In this document: piece by piece, positions 1 to 9,344 of the stretch | How positions within the stretch are numbered: the first letter of the stretch is position 1 | Layout: each line of letters opens with the position of its first letter | IMG/VR virus record: IMGVR_UViG_3300023218_000062 | Strand: one strand, 5' to 3' | DNA: 64,000 nucleotides | From: a virus | Taxonomy: Duplodnaviria > Caudoviricetes | The notes under the pieces: generated by a model | Databases searched by the model: none | What the model saw: only the letters and a program-made list of their open reading frames with translations | What the model was told of the DNA's origin: nothing | Made by a program: the position numbers and the translations under genes

Positions 1-19
1 GAAGAGAATTGTTTCCATG

Positions 20-436
20 TCATTCCATATACTTTTTAGCTTCTTTTTCTGTCAATTCGGTTCCGGTTTCTCTAACTAGAGAGGCAAAATAGATCGACAC
101 CATATCCTCTTCGGACGATGCATTTATACCCTGTTTTTTAAGCTCGTTTATAAAATGTTTATTCCAATCCATTTTAACACCGACTCGACCATCATCTTCT
201 ACAAAAACTTCAAAATCTGCCCAAGGCTCGTTGCTCTCTTTGAGGATTTCTTTTTCAGTTTTATAATTTTTATAACCATCCATTTCTTCCTCTATAGAAG
301 ATATTCTATCATTTATTTCTTTAAATGACTCATTTGCACCATCCGAAATTATTTTTGTATAATTTTCTACTCGTTGTTTTACTTCTTCTAAATCACTTTT
401 TAATTTTTGGATTTTCTTTTTGTTAAATATGTCCAT
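20..436 (-). CDS. Hypothetical protein with N-terminal coiled coil
   Basis: 138-aa ORF directly downstream of the clamp gene on the same strand; heptad-like N-terminus. Confidence 0.7.
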   Translation of the reverse strand: MDIFNKKKIQKLKSDLEEVKQRVENYTKIISDGANESFKEINDRISSIEEEMDGYKNYKTEKEILKESNEPWADFEVFVEDDGRVGVKMDWNKHFINELKKQGINASSEEDMVSIYFASLVRETGTELTEKEAKKYME

Positions 437-448
437 AATTAATACCCT

Positions 449-1189
449 TTATTCTTCACTTTCCGGAAATATATACATACTAAGACCATTAATCTTCAAC
501 AGCATAATACCCTTTCTACTTATTTTTATACATATACTATCCTTTCTTTTTCCTGCTTCATTTAACAGAGGAGATATAATTTTAAATTTATATTTCACAC
601 AAAATGAATCAGGTGAATCTGCATCTAGATTTTTATACGAGTCTGCCAACGATTGTGTAAGTATATCTTTTTCTATATCTGTTATATCACAATTAACTTC
701 ACCATTATCTTTAGTGTATATTTTAAACTCTTCAGCGCCCATCGCAGAAATGCCTTCTTTCAAGATTTTAAGATCTTTTGATTTTATATCAAAAGAATGG
801 TATAGAGGATCTCTGAGCTTTCTAGGTAATCCTTTTTCTGTCAACATCGAAGTGTTGAAGTTTACCGAAGTACGATCCGCCTTAATTTTTAATTTGGATA
901 CTACATTAGAGCCATCCTCTAAAGCTTTCACGTCAGCATATATTTCATATGGGAGTTTTGCTTTTGAAAACATATCTAACCTAGGGGATAATGATTGTAC
1001 CCTATTAGTATAGAGCGAATCGAATTCTAGAAAACTGAAATCTCCGGGCTCTATTAAATATACCGCTTTTTCATCCTGTTTAGCTCTGATGCCAGATTTA
1101 TCGATCATTAAAGATTTTATGTCCACTAGGGAACAATATTTTACTGCAAACGTTATTATATCTTTACTTGCTTCAGACAGTTTAATCAT
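449..1189 (-). CDS. Putative DNA polymerase sliding clamp (T4 gp45-like)
   Basis: 246 aa (clamp-sized), immediately downstream of the polymerase gene, alternating beta/alpha character. Confidence 0.6.
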   Translation of the reverse strand: MIKLSEASKDIITFAVKYCSLVDIKSLMIDKSGIRAKQDEKAVYLIEPGDFSFLEFDSLYTNRVQSLSPRLDMFSKAKLPYEIYADVKALEDGSNVVSKLKIKADRTSVNFNTSMLTEKGLPRKLRDPLYHSFDIKSKDLKILKEGISAMGAEEFKIYTKDNGEVNCDITDIEKDILTQSLADSYKNLDADSPDSFCVKYKFKIISPLLNEAGKRKDSICIKISRKGIMLLKINGLSMYIFPESEE

Positions 1190-1229
1190 AACTATTTTTA
1201 TACTCTTATATCCAATATATTATACATGC

Positions 1230-3830
1230 TTAATCGTCAAATTCCAAGAGTTCATCAGCTAAAATATTTTTTTCATTTGGAACTGCTTCACCAATAGCAT
1301 CTAATATGGTTTTAATTGGTTTATCTATCAAGCTCAAAAGCTGTCTATTAACATCGACATATGGTTCAAGATTCCTCCACCAATCAGGTATTAATTGTAG
1401 ATCTACAGGAATTGCTATAGCATTAAAATTTCCGAATTTTTTCTTCTTATAAAAATAGAATTTTTTGACTTTTTCACCAGAGCGTATCTTATAAGATTCA
1501 CCATCATTGTATTTTTCTAAACATATGTTGTAGAAAATGCTAGCTTTGGCCATGTGTGGAATGTATGCATCTTTATCTAGATTGTATGCACTGGTGTATT
1601 TTTCTATAGAATTTACCCCTGAAGGTACTCCTAGATCCAATACATTGCGTTTCTTCAAACTTTTCTTTAGTTCTACAATATCTTTCTTTACGAATTTCCA
1701 ATCTTCACCTTTTAAGAACCTTTCAAAAAAACTGGTAAGGGTTTGACGTATGTATTTTGGAAGATTAGTTTTTTTTATCTGGAGTCCCATAACTTTCATC
1801 TTATCGACTTCTTTCCCATCCAGACTAACTAAATGTAGCAAGTAATGTTTTTTAGCAACAAATATACCTTTATCGGATATCACTTCCTGTTCGGCTAGTA
1901 TGTAATTTTCTCTTCCATTAATACAATGAAATGCTTTTTTCATAAACTCAGGGTAACTATTATTTACTAATTTACATACTGCTCCCGCAACCGAACTGGC
2001 ATCTTCTTCATTTTCTGTCCCTGTAGCAAAAAAAATAGAATCTGTATCACCATAAACTATTGAATCTGAAGGGAATTTGTATTCTCCATCTAATACCTTT
2101 GCAATTCTCTTGGCCATATGTAAAAGAATTTCTTTACCTGTCTTGGTTGTAGATTCTGCCATTCGTACATCGAAGAACCTAAAATACTTGTTTCCAAACA
2201 CCCCATACATGGAATTTAACTGAATCTTTTTAAGATATTGGATGTTATCATAATATTCTTGCTTCTTTTTATATGCTGGATCTCCAGTTTCTTCATATTT
2301 TTTCCCCATTTCAGTTTTCAATTTCTGGTATTTTATTCTATCTTCAAACCAACTTGTCAGAATAGATGGTATTATTCCATCTTCTGATTGATCAAATATC
2401 GTGCCATGAGCAGATATGCTCCACTTATTCTGTTCAAGATATTCATTCCATTCTGCGGCTGTCATTGTAGCGTCATAGCCATTCTCGTACAGCGCAGTAA
2501 GCTCTATGTCGTTTTTATCCATTATGTGCTCATACGCTTTGTCATTCTCAAAAAATTGCCCCACAAGCATTTCAGGAGATATGTTCACTGCTCTCATTGC
2601 AGATGGATATAGAGATTTAATGTCTACTGAAGATATCCACTCGTGTAATCCTACTTGAGGATTTAGGACAAATGCACCTTCAAATTTTTTACCATGATCG
2701 TTTACCATATATGGGGCATCTGGTAATGCTACGCGTTCCGGTAGCTCATGTTTGCAAAAATTTAAAATGGCAGTGTCTGATATACTAACTGTGGTTAATA
2801 CAGATGAAATTCTATTTGTTACCATATGTGAAAAGTTTATGGCTAAGTTCATATATTTAAATTTTGCGTCCAAGCCTTTTAGAATTTCAGTATCTCTAAT
2901 GTTGTATTTTACAAATTGATCAAAATCCTCACGATATAGACGGTGTAGACTCTTTCCATAGTCCAGCTTTTCCATATCATCAAGCTCCTCTTCAGCCACG
3001 GCTTCTAATGAATATGAAGAACGCTGAGCAGCGTCAAACTTTTTAACCATTTGCATGAAATCTATCCAAACTCTTCCAATCGGTTGAACGTTTATTTGTG
3101 TGGACCCATACTGTTCGACTTCTATAACACCTACATCCTGATCTACTTCAGGGAAATTCATCATTCTTGTAGCATCTTTGCCAAATGCTTTCATTAATCG
3201 AAAGTAAATATATGGGGAATCAAAAAAATCACTGTTCCAACCGCTGATAATATCTGTACCATATATTTCTTCTACGAATCTAGTTAATAGCTCTTTCTCA
3301 TTTTTGAATATGTATATGTCTGCTTTATGCCCTAAGTGTTCTAGGTCTTTTGCCGTACAATTCTTCCATTTACCTTCTTTTGGTGGTACTGCCAAAACTA
3401 TAGATCTGTCAGTATGCTTATGATATAAAGCTATAGAATTTATTGGGGCATAAGGATTAGAGCTTCCGGCGTGGCCTTTAGCTGGGGCATAATCAACCTC
3501 AATATCAAAAAATGTTATATTTAAATCCTCAATAGGGCGTTTATAATATTTGTCTGAAAGTATTTTTAATTCTGGGGATATATCAGATTCGTATAATTGG
3601 ACCCCATGCTCCCTAAGTCGTTTGCGTTCTTTAAAAAATTCAAAAGGATCATCATATTCTATTTTTGTCAGTTTAGCCCCTTTAACTGACCTGTATTTTT
3701 CTTTTGACTCATAATCTTCTACAAAATAATTATAAGGTGCATCATATGTTACTAAAACCCTACCATTTGGGGTTCTTTCCCATACGTATACGTTTTTTTT
3801 ATCATTTGATGTTGCGGTGGAAATATACAT
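1230..3830 (-). CDS. gp43: Family B DNA polymerase (T4 gp43-like)
   Basis: ExoI FFDIEVD, ExoII GWNSDFFD, ExoIII YNIRDTE; polymerase motifs SVDIKSLYPS, KIQLNSMYG, YGDTDS. Confidence 0.97.
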   Translation of the reverse strand: MYISTATSNDKKNVYVWERTPNGRVLVTYDAPYNYFVEDYESKEKYRSVKGAKLTKIEYDDPFEFFKERKRLREHGVQLYESDISPELKILSDKYYKRPIEDLNITFFDIEVDYAPAKGHAGSSNPYAPINSIALYHKHTDRSIVLAVPPKEGKWKNCTAKDLEHLGHKADIYIFKNEKELLTRFVEEIYGTDIISGWNSDFFDSPYIYFRLMKAFGKDATRMMNFPEVDQDVGVIEVEQYGSTQINVQPIGRVWIDFMQMVKKFDAAQRSSYSLEAVAEEELDDMEKLDYGKSLHRLYREDFDQFVKYNIRDTEILKGLDAKFKYMNLAINFSHMVTNRISSVLTTVSISDTAILNFCKHELPERVALPDAPYMVNDHGKKFEGAFVLNPQVGLHEWISSVDIKSLYPSAMRAVNISPEMLVGQFFENDKAYEHIMDKNDIELTALYENGYDATMTAAEWNEYLEQNKWSISAHGTIFDQSEDGIIPSILTSWFEDRIKYQKLKTEMGKKYEETGDPAYKKKQEYYDNIQYLKKIQLNSMYGVFGNKYFRFFDVRMAESTTKTGKEILLHMAKRIAKVLDGEYKFPSDSIVYGDTDSIFFATGTENEEDASSVAGAVCKLVNNSYPEFMKKAFHCINGRENYILAEQEVISDKGIFVAKKHYLLHLVSLDGKEVDKMKVMGLQIKKTNLPKYIRQTLTSFFERFLKGEDWKFVKKDIVELKKSLKKRNVLDLGVPSGVNSIEKYTSAYNLDKDAYIPHMAKASIFYNICLEKYNDGESYKIRSGEKVKKFYFYKKKKFGNFNAIAIPVDLQLIPDWWRNLEPYVDVNRQLLSLIDKPIKTILDAIGEAVPNEKNILADELLEFDD

Positions 3831-3864
3831 TAAACTTTTATAATCAAGGTTATTTTGTCTTTAG

Positions 3865-3893
3865 ATTATATAGGTTTAAAAGACTATCGTCAA
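3865..3893 (-). promoter_or_regulatory. Sigma70-type promoter of the DNA polymerase gene
   Basis: Minus strand TTGACG-17 bp-TATAAT, 35 nt upstream of the ATG at 3830. Confidence 0.8.
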
Positions 3894-4514
3894 TTACAAT
3901 TTCCAGTTATCAGGATTCATCTCGAATCTTTTTGGGTCAAATTCGTATGGTTTTGTAGAACGGATTTGTAATCTCACTTGGGTTAAGGACCCAATATTTA
4001 TAGGAGCTATGCTATTTGCAAAATTGGGTGCAGTTGGGAATATCACTAATGTCCCGCGCCGTGGTCGGAAATTTATATCAAATGCCGGAAATTCTAGATT
4101 TCCACCATTGACTTCAAAATAAGGATCAAAATCTGGTTTATCATTATAATCATTTAACCATAAGATTCCAGTAAAATCTATTAAATTGTATCTAACCCAG
4201 CCTTTTTCCCTAGATTGCACATATCCATCAGTCTTGAGTTGTGTTGGTTCGTAGTTTGGAGGATACCATTCAAACATTAAATTATGGGTCCCCATATAAA
4301 TAGTATCAAATTTTTTTTCTAATTCATTTGTAATATGGTCAAATGTTTTCATTATTCTATTGCTGTTCAATCGACTGGCTAATATTGTTACTTTGGGTTT
4401 CCCATCTTGGCCTATCATTGGGACTGCTTTATCTACTCGTAAATCATCTAAAATACGTTCACATAGAAGGGGGGATATGAACTCCTTGATGATTAAAAAC
4501 GGTGTTTCTTTCAT
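3894..4514 (-). CDS. 2OG-Fe(II) oxygenase-fold protein with degenerate metal ligands
   Basis: FTGILWLND...GGNLEFP...PRRGTLVIFP...R matches the prolyl-hydroxylase-like DSBH pattern, but KTD and N stand where HxD and the distal H are expected. Confidence 0.7.
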   Translation of the reverse strand: MKETPFLIIKEFISPLLCERILDDLRVDKAVPMIGQDGKPKVTILASRLNSNRIMKTFDHITNELEKKFDTIYMGTHNLMFEWYPPNYEPTQLKTDGYVQSREKGWVRYNLIDFTGILWLNDYNDKPDFDPYFEVNGGNLEFPAFDINFRPRRGTLVIFPTAPNFANSIAPINIGSLTQVRLQIRSTKPYEFDPKRFEMNPDNWKL

Positions 4515-4541
4515 ATTATTATATTTAATTTGATGTGCAAA

Positions 4542-4549
4542 TATTTATA
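4542..4549 (-). promoter_or_regulatory. T4-type late promoter TATAAATA
   Basis: Exact TATAAATA 28 nt upstream of the ATG at 4514. Confidence 0.65.
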
Positions 4550-4558
4550 TTGAAAAAA

Positions 4559-5449
4559 TTAATCTGACAGTATATTTTGTTCTAGAACTATTCCTTCTGA
4601 GCTTATACCATTAGATTTTCGTACAATAAATTCTTTTAATTGTTCTTTTCCGGTATTTCCAATATCTACGTTTAATGATATTTTACTAACACCATTTTCT
4701 GTACATATTCCCGCATAAATTTCTCTACCCATAAATTTGAGTTTGCCCATCATACATGAGTCATCTATTTTTTCAAAATCTTCAACAATTATTTTATCTT
4801 CATCTCCCATGGTGTACTTTATAGTGGGTTTATCACTGAATGTTTTAATAGTTATCATGTTTTCTAGTTTTGCAGATTCGTTTACTTTTTCTTTCTTTTT
4901 TTCTTTAGAATCATCCTCGGAATTATCGTCTTCTTTTGTGTCTTCCTTATCAGGTTCTTGGTCTATTCCTATAATTTCCTTTAACGAATCCTTAAGTTCA
5001 TCCATATTTTCTGCTACCGGAATATCTTTACGATAACACACAATATCTACATGGCCCTTTCTATAAAACTCTTTAGGGCAATATACTATAACTGCTTTGT
5101 CACTTTCAACCACTTTTCCTAATTCTAATAAAGTTATTGGGGCTTTGCTATCTTCAGAAAAATACACAAGAACTACGTCTGCTTTTTCTATATTATCTAA
5201 TTCCCATGTTACCTGATCATAGAACTGTGTATTATCTATTGATTGTTCCCATACGCAATCCCAATCGTCTCTACGGGGGTTGTATATTGTTATTTTATGT
5301 TCATCTGAACTACATTCTTCTAAAAATTTTGTTACGACTGCTTGCCAGTCCTCGGCACCCCCCATATCGATGCTACCTAAAAATATTCTGATCGATTCTG
5401 ATAAGGAGCTTTCTCTACTAGGGGCTTTAATAATCTTTATATTACTCAT
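4559..5449 (-). CDS. Nucleoside 2-deoxyribosyltransferase-like (N-glycosidase fold) protein with acidic linker and extra C-terminal domain
   Basis: IFLGSIDMG...WQ, YNPRRDDWD, QVTWELDNIEKAD, PITLLELG. Confidence 0.8.
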   Translation of the reverse strand: MSNIKIIKAPSRESSLSESIRIFLGSIDMGGAEDWQAVVTKFLEECSSDEHKITIYNPRRDDWDCVWEQSIDNTQFYDQVTWELDNIEKADVVLVYFSEDSKAPITLLELGKVVESDKAVIVYCPKEFYRKGHVDIVCYRKDIPVAENMDELKDSLKEIIGIDQEPDKEDTKEDDNSEDDSKEKKKEKVNESAKLENMITIKTFSDKPTIKYTMGDEDKIIVEDFEKIDDSCMMGKLKFMGREIYAGICTENGVSKISLNVDIGNTGKEQLKEFIVRKSNGISSEGIVLEQNILSD

Positions 5450-5823
5450 TATTTACTAGCGCCTCTTAATCGTTTGTTAAACTGTTGTAGTCTTTCAGTC
5501 GGCGCTCTTCTTTTCGCTAGTTTAGTATGTCTTACCCTTTGACCTTTTTTATATCTAGATGCTTTCTTTCCAGCCCGTACTTGTTTTGGATCCTTTTTTA
5601 GTCCGCACTTCTGCGGATTTTTTACCAATCTTCCTTTACGCGGCCCTGACATACATCTAAACTGTCGAGCTAATTTATTACCATATCTTTTAAATTGTCT
5701 GGTAACACTACGCCTTTCTTTTCCACGAGAAATAGTTGGGGTCATAGATCCTTGTTTTTCTTCTAAGGCTATAAGTTCACCCGCTATATGTTCTACATAT
5801 TTAAATACTTCGTCTATTCTCAC
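5449..5823 (-). CDS. Highly basic putative prohead core/internal protein
   Basis: Very K/R-rich 124 aa; overlaps neighbours (coupled); reminiscent of the basic T4 gp68 type. Confidence 0.55.
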   Translation of the reverse strand: MRIDEVFKYVEHIAGELIALEEKQGSMTPTISRGKERRSVTRQFKRYGNKLARQFRCMSGPRKGRLVKNPQKCGLKKDPKQVRAGKKASRYKKGQRVRHTKLAKRRAPTERLQQFNKRLRGASK

Positions 5824-7124
5824 GGCAGCATCCCCCCGCTTCTTCTGTTTGGGGAACCTGTTGCGTTCGGGCCTTCTTGTCCTCGTCTATTTGAAATTAT
5901 AGATTTATTTTCGTCTGGTTCATCATTCTGTTCTTCTCTTTTTTTATTTTGGGCCATGCGTATTTGAGCGTTTAACTCGCGTTGTTTTAATGCTCTTTCT
6001 TGTGGGTCTTGGATGCTGCTTATTTCTCTTCGTTGTCGTCTAAGAGATGCTGCATCTACTTCACCTTCTAATATATTTGTCATAAACTCTCCGAATCCTT
6101 TTACCACTGATTCAGATACACTTCCGCGCATTTTGAATTTCGCAAGGTCTGCCAATTTTTTCGCTTCTTTTTCTTTTTCTTTTTGTTGTTTCATTTCTTG
6201 TTCCATTCTAGCAAGCTCTTCATGGTTTTTCATTTCTTCTTGCGCAGCTTTCATTGAATATTTGGCCTGTAGTGCTCTTGACTTTTCTGCTTCTGCTTCA
6301 TATTGCGCCCGGCGAGCTTCCGCTTCGGACGACAGCATTCCTATAATCTTTTTAAGCATGCTTTCTTCTTCATCTTCATCCCCGAATTCCATGCCCACAT
6401 CCTTGCCATCTTCTAAATCCTTATTTTCTGAATCTTCTTCACCAAAATCAACATTTTCTAAATCTTCCCCTCCGGCGTCATCTTTAAAAACCCCAAAACC
6501 TTCCTCTCCGGCTAAATCGTCTTCTGGGCTTTGCTCAGGTTTTGGCGATAATGTTGCATCCATTTCGTCAGGCTCCGATACTTTATCGGCGTTATAAATC
6601 TTGTCTTTGGGTATTTCAGGAAATTCTACGTTTACTATATCAAAGTTCTGCTTCAAATTATAAAGAACTTCTGCCATTGATACATTTCCACCATGGCCAC
6701 TTCGTCCTGTCATCTTATATTCTTCTATCTCAGCTAATTCTTGTGCTAGAGCAGTTTCAAATTCTTCTTGTTGGTCCCCTCTAACCGTAAGTTTCATCAA
6801 ATTACCTTCATCATCTTCGACACCATATGTCTGAGTGTTATCCTCATGCATCCTAGACTGGTTCTGAATGCCACTCAATTTAGAATATATTTGATCCAAT
6901 GAAACATTTTCTTTCAATGAAATCGAAAAGGGTGTTTTGATTTCTTTCATGTTAAGACCATTGGCAATCTTTCTGTTGTTTCTTTGTAGGAATTTAAGTA
7001 GTCCAACGTCTCTTTTTTTTGTAGGATAATCTTCTCTGCCTCTGTTGTCAGTTCGTACTGCGACTGCTCCTGCGCTTACTGATCCCCCCGCCGCTGATTC
7101 TTGTATTACTTTTTTATTCGTCAT
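5820..7124 (-). CDS. Putative protease-processed head protein
   Basis: N-terminal VIQE-SAAGG resembles the capsid LNE-SAAQG site; acidic linker and coiled coil; late promoter upstream. Confidence 0.55.
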   Translation of the reverse strand: MTNKKVIQESAAGGSVSAGAVAVRTDNRGREDYPTKKRDVGLLKFLQRNNRKIANGLNMKEIKTPFSISLKENVSLDQIYSKLSGIQNQSRMHEDNTQTYGVEDDEGNLMKLTVRGDQQEEFETALAQELAEIEEYKMTGRSGHGGNVSMAEVLYNLKQNFDIVNVEFPEIPKDKIYNADKVSEPDEMDATLSPKPEQSPEDDLAGEEGFGVFKDDAGGEDLENVDFGEEDSENKDLEDGKDVGMEFGDEDEEESMLKKIIGMLSSEAEARRAQYEAEAEKSRALQAKYSMKAAQEEMKNHEELARMEQEMKQQKEKEKEAKKLADLAKFKMRGSVSESVVKGFGEFMTNILEGEVDAASLRRQRREISSIQDPQERALKQRELNAQIRMAQNKKREEQNDEPDENKSIISNRRGQEGPNATGSPNRRSGGMLP

Positions 7125-7151
7125 TTTATAAAACGCTTGGTGTTGTGTAAT

Positions 7152-7159
7152 TATTTATC
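7152..7159 (-). promoter_or_regulatory. Late promoter GATAAATA
   Basis: 28 nt upstream of the ATG at 7124. Confidence 0.55.
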
Positions 7160-7604
7160 AAAAAAACTGATTTTTTTCTGTCAACACTCGAAATTCTATT
7201 CCTTTACTTTTACACCATTTCTCTGCCGCATCCCATTTATGTTGATTAACAATATAAGTATATTGTTCTTGCATGCGCCTAGACGATTTCTTGGCTTTAC
7301 TTGGTTGTGATTGCTTAAATGGTTTAATTTCTATGAGGTGCTTATGATATTTTCCATTTTTATCTTTTAATACTAAAAAAATATCTGGATAATATATTGA
7401 AGACACCAAATTTCCTGTTCTTGGATCAGGTTTGTAATATTGAATAGGTATTTCCTCGGATGCCCACTTTATGATATTTGGATTATTATCACAGAATTCA
7501 AAAAACTCTAACTCCCACGAAGACATATATCGTATAGCAGAAAGGTCACCTAAATATTTGTCAGGTTTTTTAGGTGTATACAATCCTTGTATCCAACCAG
7601 CCAT
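7158..7604 (-). CDS. gp4: Head completion nuclease (T4 gp4-like, TnsA-N fold)
   Basis: YMSSWELEF, WASEEIPIQY, YYPDIF, LIEIKP, VNQHKWDAA, FRVLTEK. Confidence 0.9.
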   Translation of the reverse strand: MAGWIQGLYTPKKPDKYLGDLSAIRYMSSWELEFFEFCDNNPNIIKWASEEIPIQYYKPDPRTGNLVSSIYYPDIFLVLKDKNGKYHKHLIEIKPFKQSQPSKAKKSSRRMQEQYTYIVNQHKWDAAEKWCKSKGIEFRVLTEKNQFF

Positions 7605-7607
7605 TCG

Positions 7608-7886
7608 TTATAATATAACGCCCATAATATCACTATGGCGAAGCATTAAAAGTGTTTCATCATCAAATTCTATATATTTTCCGGTGCCATTTGCAAAAAA
7701 GATTATATCGCCAGTATCAACTTCGAGCCCTTTTTCTTTTTTACCACGTACTATTCGAGTTCCCTTAGATACAACTTCACCTTTCATACAGACTTTGGCA
7801 CTTTCTGGTATTATTAAACCAGAAGAAGTATTTTTTTTAATTATGGGTCTCACGAATATTTCATCTCTTAAAGCTTTCTTTTTCAT
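7608..7886 (-). CDS. groES: GroES-like co-chaperonin
   Basis: 92 aa; mobile loop TSSGLIIPESA, GEVVSKG, GDIIFF, SDIMGVI. Confidence 0.9.
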   Translation of the reverse strand: MKKKALRDEIFVRPIIKKNTSSGLIIPESAKVCMKGEVVSKGTRIVRGKKEKGLEVDTGDIIFFANGTGKYIEFDDETLLMLRHSDIMGVIL

Positions 7887-7914
7887 TGTTTAATCCTATT
7901 TAGACGGTCAGATA

Positions 7915-7922
7915 TATTTATG
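7915..7922 (-). promoter_or_regulatory. Late promoter CATAAATA
   Basis: 29 nt upstream of the groES ATG. Confidence 0.55.
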
Positions 7923-7945
7923 TTAAGAGTTAATATGTGTAGTTT

Positions 7946-8722
7946 TTAGGACAATATTGGGCCTTGTGGCCCACCAGTCCCCGGTAATCCTATATCTATA
8001 CCAGTATCAAAATCTCCTATATCTGGTAGAGGGCCATTTATAGATGAATCTATAGGTGTTACCTCTGGCTTATCCGTTTTTTCTACACTATATGCGTCAT
8101 AAGTAAAAGTCATAGAAATAGTATTGACATCAGATATTGTCATATCTAAGTCATCTGTATTAATTGTTGTAATTTTAGGATTGGCGTAGCGATATTTAGT
8201 TAATGTGTTCACTCCTTCATGTACTATTTCTATTTTATCAATTATTCCTAGTTCACTTCCATTTCTTAATGCTCCAATGGTCTGGCGCTCTTCCAAAAAA
8301 TTCTTACTTGACCCAGTAACATTAGCCAGTTGGCCAGTGTTCACTAATGGACTCACGGCTTCCATATAGGCATCAATAATAGTGTGGGAACGATTAGAAG
8401 AATCATCATAAAATGTAAGAGTTAAATCACCAAATTCGGTTTTAGTTGCTACTTTAGTACGATATCCATAAAAATTCACGTCTTTGTACTCTATATTAGG
8501 ATTTATCCTAGTAGCATGCTTTATTGCAAGAAGATTTGTTACTAAGTTTAATCCTCCCCCTCTGCTGCTGCTATGCACTGCTTCTCCATCACTTCTGAAT
8601 TCGAATCTAACAAAAAAATTAAATTTTAATTTTGGGGACTCTGATTCTGCAAATTTGTCCATGATGTCTGATGCACCGGGACCAGTACCATTATAAAGAC
8701 TTGGAAACGGAAATTTGCCCAT
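7946..8722 (-). CDS. Tail tube-like protein (gp19/gp48/gp54 fold)
   Basis: PKLKFNFFVRF, KTEFGDLTLTFYDDS, ISMTFTYD; adjacent to the tube gene. Confidence 0.65.
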   Translation of the reverse strand: MGKFPFPSLYNGTGPGASDIMDKFAESESPKLKFNFFVRFEFRSDGEAVHSSSRGGGLNLVTNLLAIKHATRINPNIEYKDVNFYGYRTKVATKTEFGDLTLTFYDDSSNRSHTIIDAYMEAVSPLVNTGQLANVTGSSKNFLEERQTIGALRNGSELGIIDKIEIVHEGVNTLTKYRYANPKITTINTDDLDMTISDVNTISMTFTYDAYSVEKTDKPEVTPIDSSINGPLPDIGDFDTGIDIGLPGTGGPQGPILS

Positions 8723-9255
8723 TATTGTTGTACCTGTCTATTATCTATCTTTTCTTCTAATTTGCATTTAATAGTACAATTTATTAAATATGGCATTAGT
8801 GCTCTGTGGTTACTCCTGCGAAAGGATCCATCACTAACTCTGTCATATATATCTGCCATGACTTTGTTAAAAATTTCATATCTTTCTGGGAATTGTTGTT
8901 TTAAAGTTTCTTCTAGCTTCTCTATTCCTAAACATTTAATTGTTACCTTTGGCTTGTCTTCTTCACGTATATTTTTATTATTTATAAAGCTAGTTAAAGG
9001 CGTATCATTTGGTAATTTTAGTAATTGTAAAGCAGAAGGATTATTTCTTCTTATGCACGATGATATCAATTCTAACAATATCATACCCTTGGATATAATA
9101 CCATTCCCTGTATCATTTAAAATATCATTGAAAAAATCTTCTTTTTTAATTTTATTACGGTCAGTAGTATTAAACAACCCGCAAAATACATCAAAAAGGC
9201 ATTCTATGTTTCGGAATGTATCCTTATTTGAATCTTTTTGTTTCTCAATATTCAT
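8722..9255 (-). CDS. Hypothetical protein
   Basis: 177-aa ORF overlapping the next gene by 1 nt, with a late promoter upstream. Confidence 0.65.
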   Translation of the reverse strand: MNIEKQKDSNKDTFRNIECLFDVFCGLFNTTDRNKIKKEDFFNDILNDTGNGIISKGMILLELISSCIRRNNPSALQLLKLPNDTPLTSFINNKNIREEDKPKVTIKCLGIEKLEETLKQQFPERYEIFNKVMADIYDRVSDGSFRRSNHRALMPYLINCTIKCKLEEKIDNRQVQQ

Positions 9256-9283
9256 CCTTTGATGCTATTTCATCATATGAAGG

Positions 9284-9291
9284 TATTTATA
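9284..9291 (-). promoter_or_regulatory. Late promoter TATAAATA
   Basis: Exact match 29 nt upstream of the ATG at 9255. Confidence 0.6.
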
Positions 9292-9322
9292 AAAAAGCCC
9301 GAAATAAAATTGCGGGCTTTTT
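9292..9322. terminator. Intrinsic terminator after the tail tube gene
   Basis: AAAAAGCCCG-11 nt-CGGGCTTTTT, with A/T tracts on both sides. Confidence 0.75.
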
Positions 9323-9344
9323 ATTAATTGCGACTAGTAAATTT

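Noticed and set aside
420-1013. Long antisense ORFs in the track (e.g. 420-1013, 6013-6597, 12931-13659, 17119-17589, 42946-43686, 52543-52926)
   Set aside because: They are shadows of well-supported genes on the opposite strand, S/F/L-rich, with no motifs or start signals.
1219-1240. Sigma70 promoter for the clamp gene (TTGACG...TATAAT)
   Set aside because: The spacer is only 10 bp; no acceptable -10 box lies at 16-18 bp.
1230-3830. Intein or intron in the polymerase, helicase, portal or capsid genes
   Set aside because: Lengths and motif spacing are normal, with no splice-junction motifs or frame breaks.
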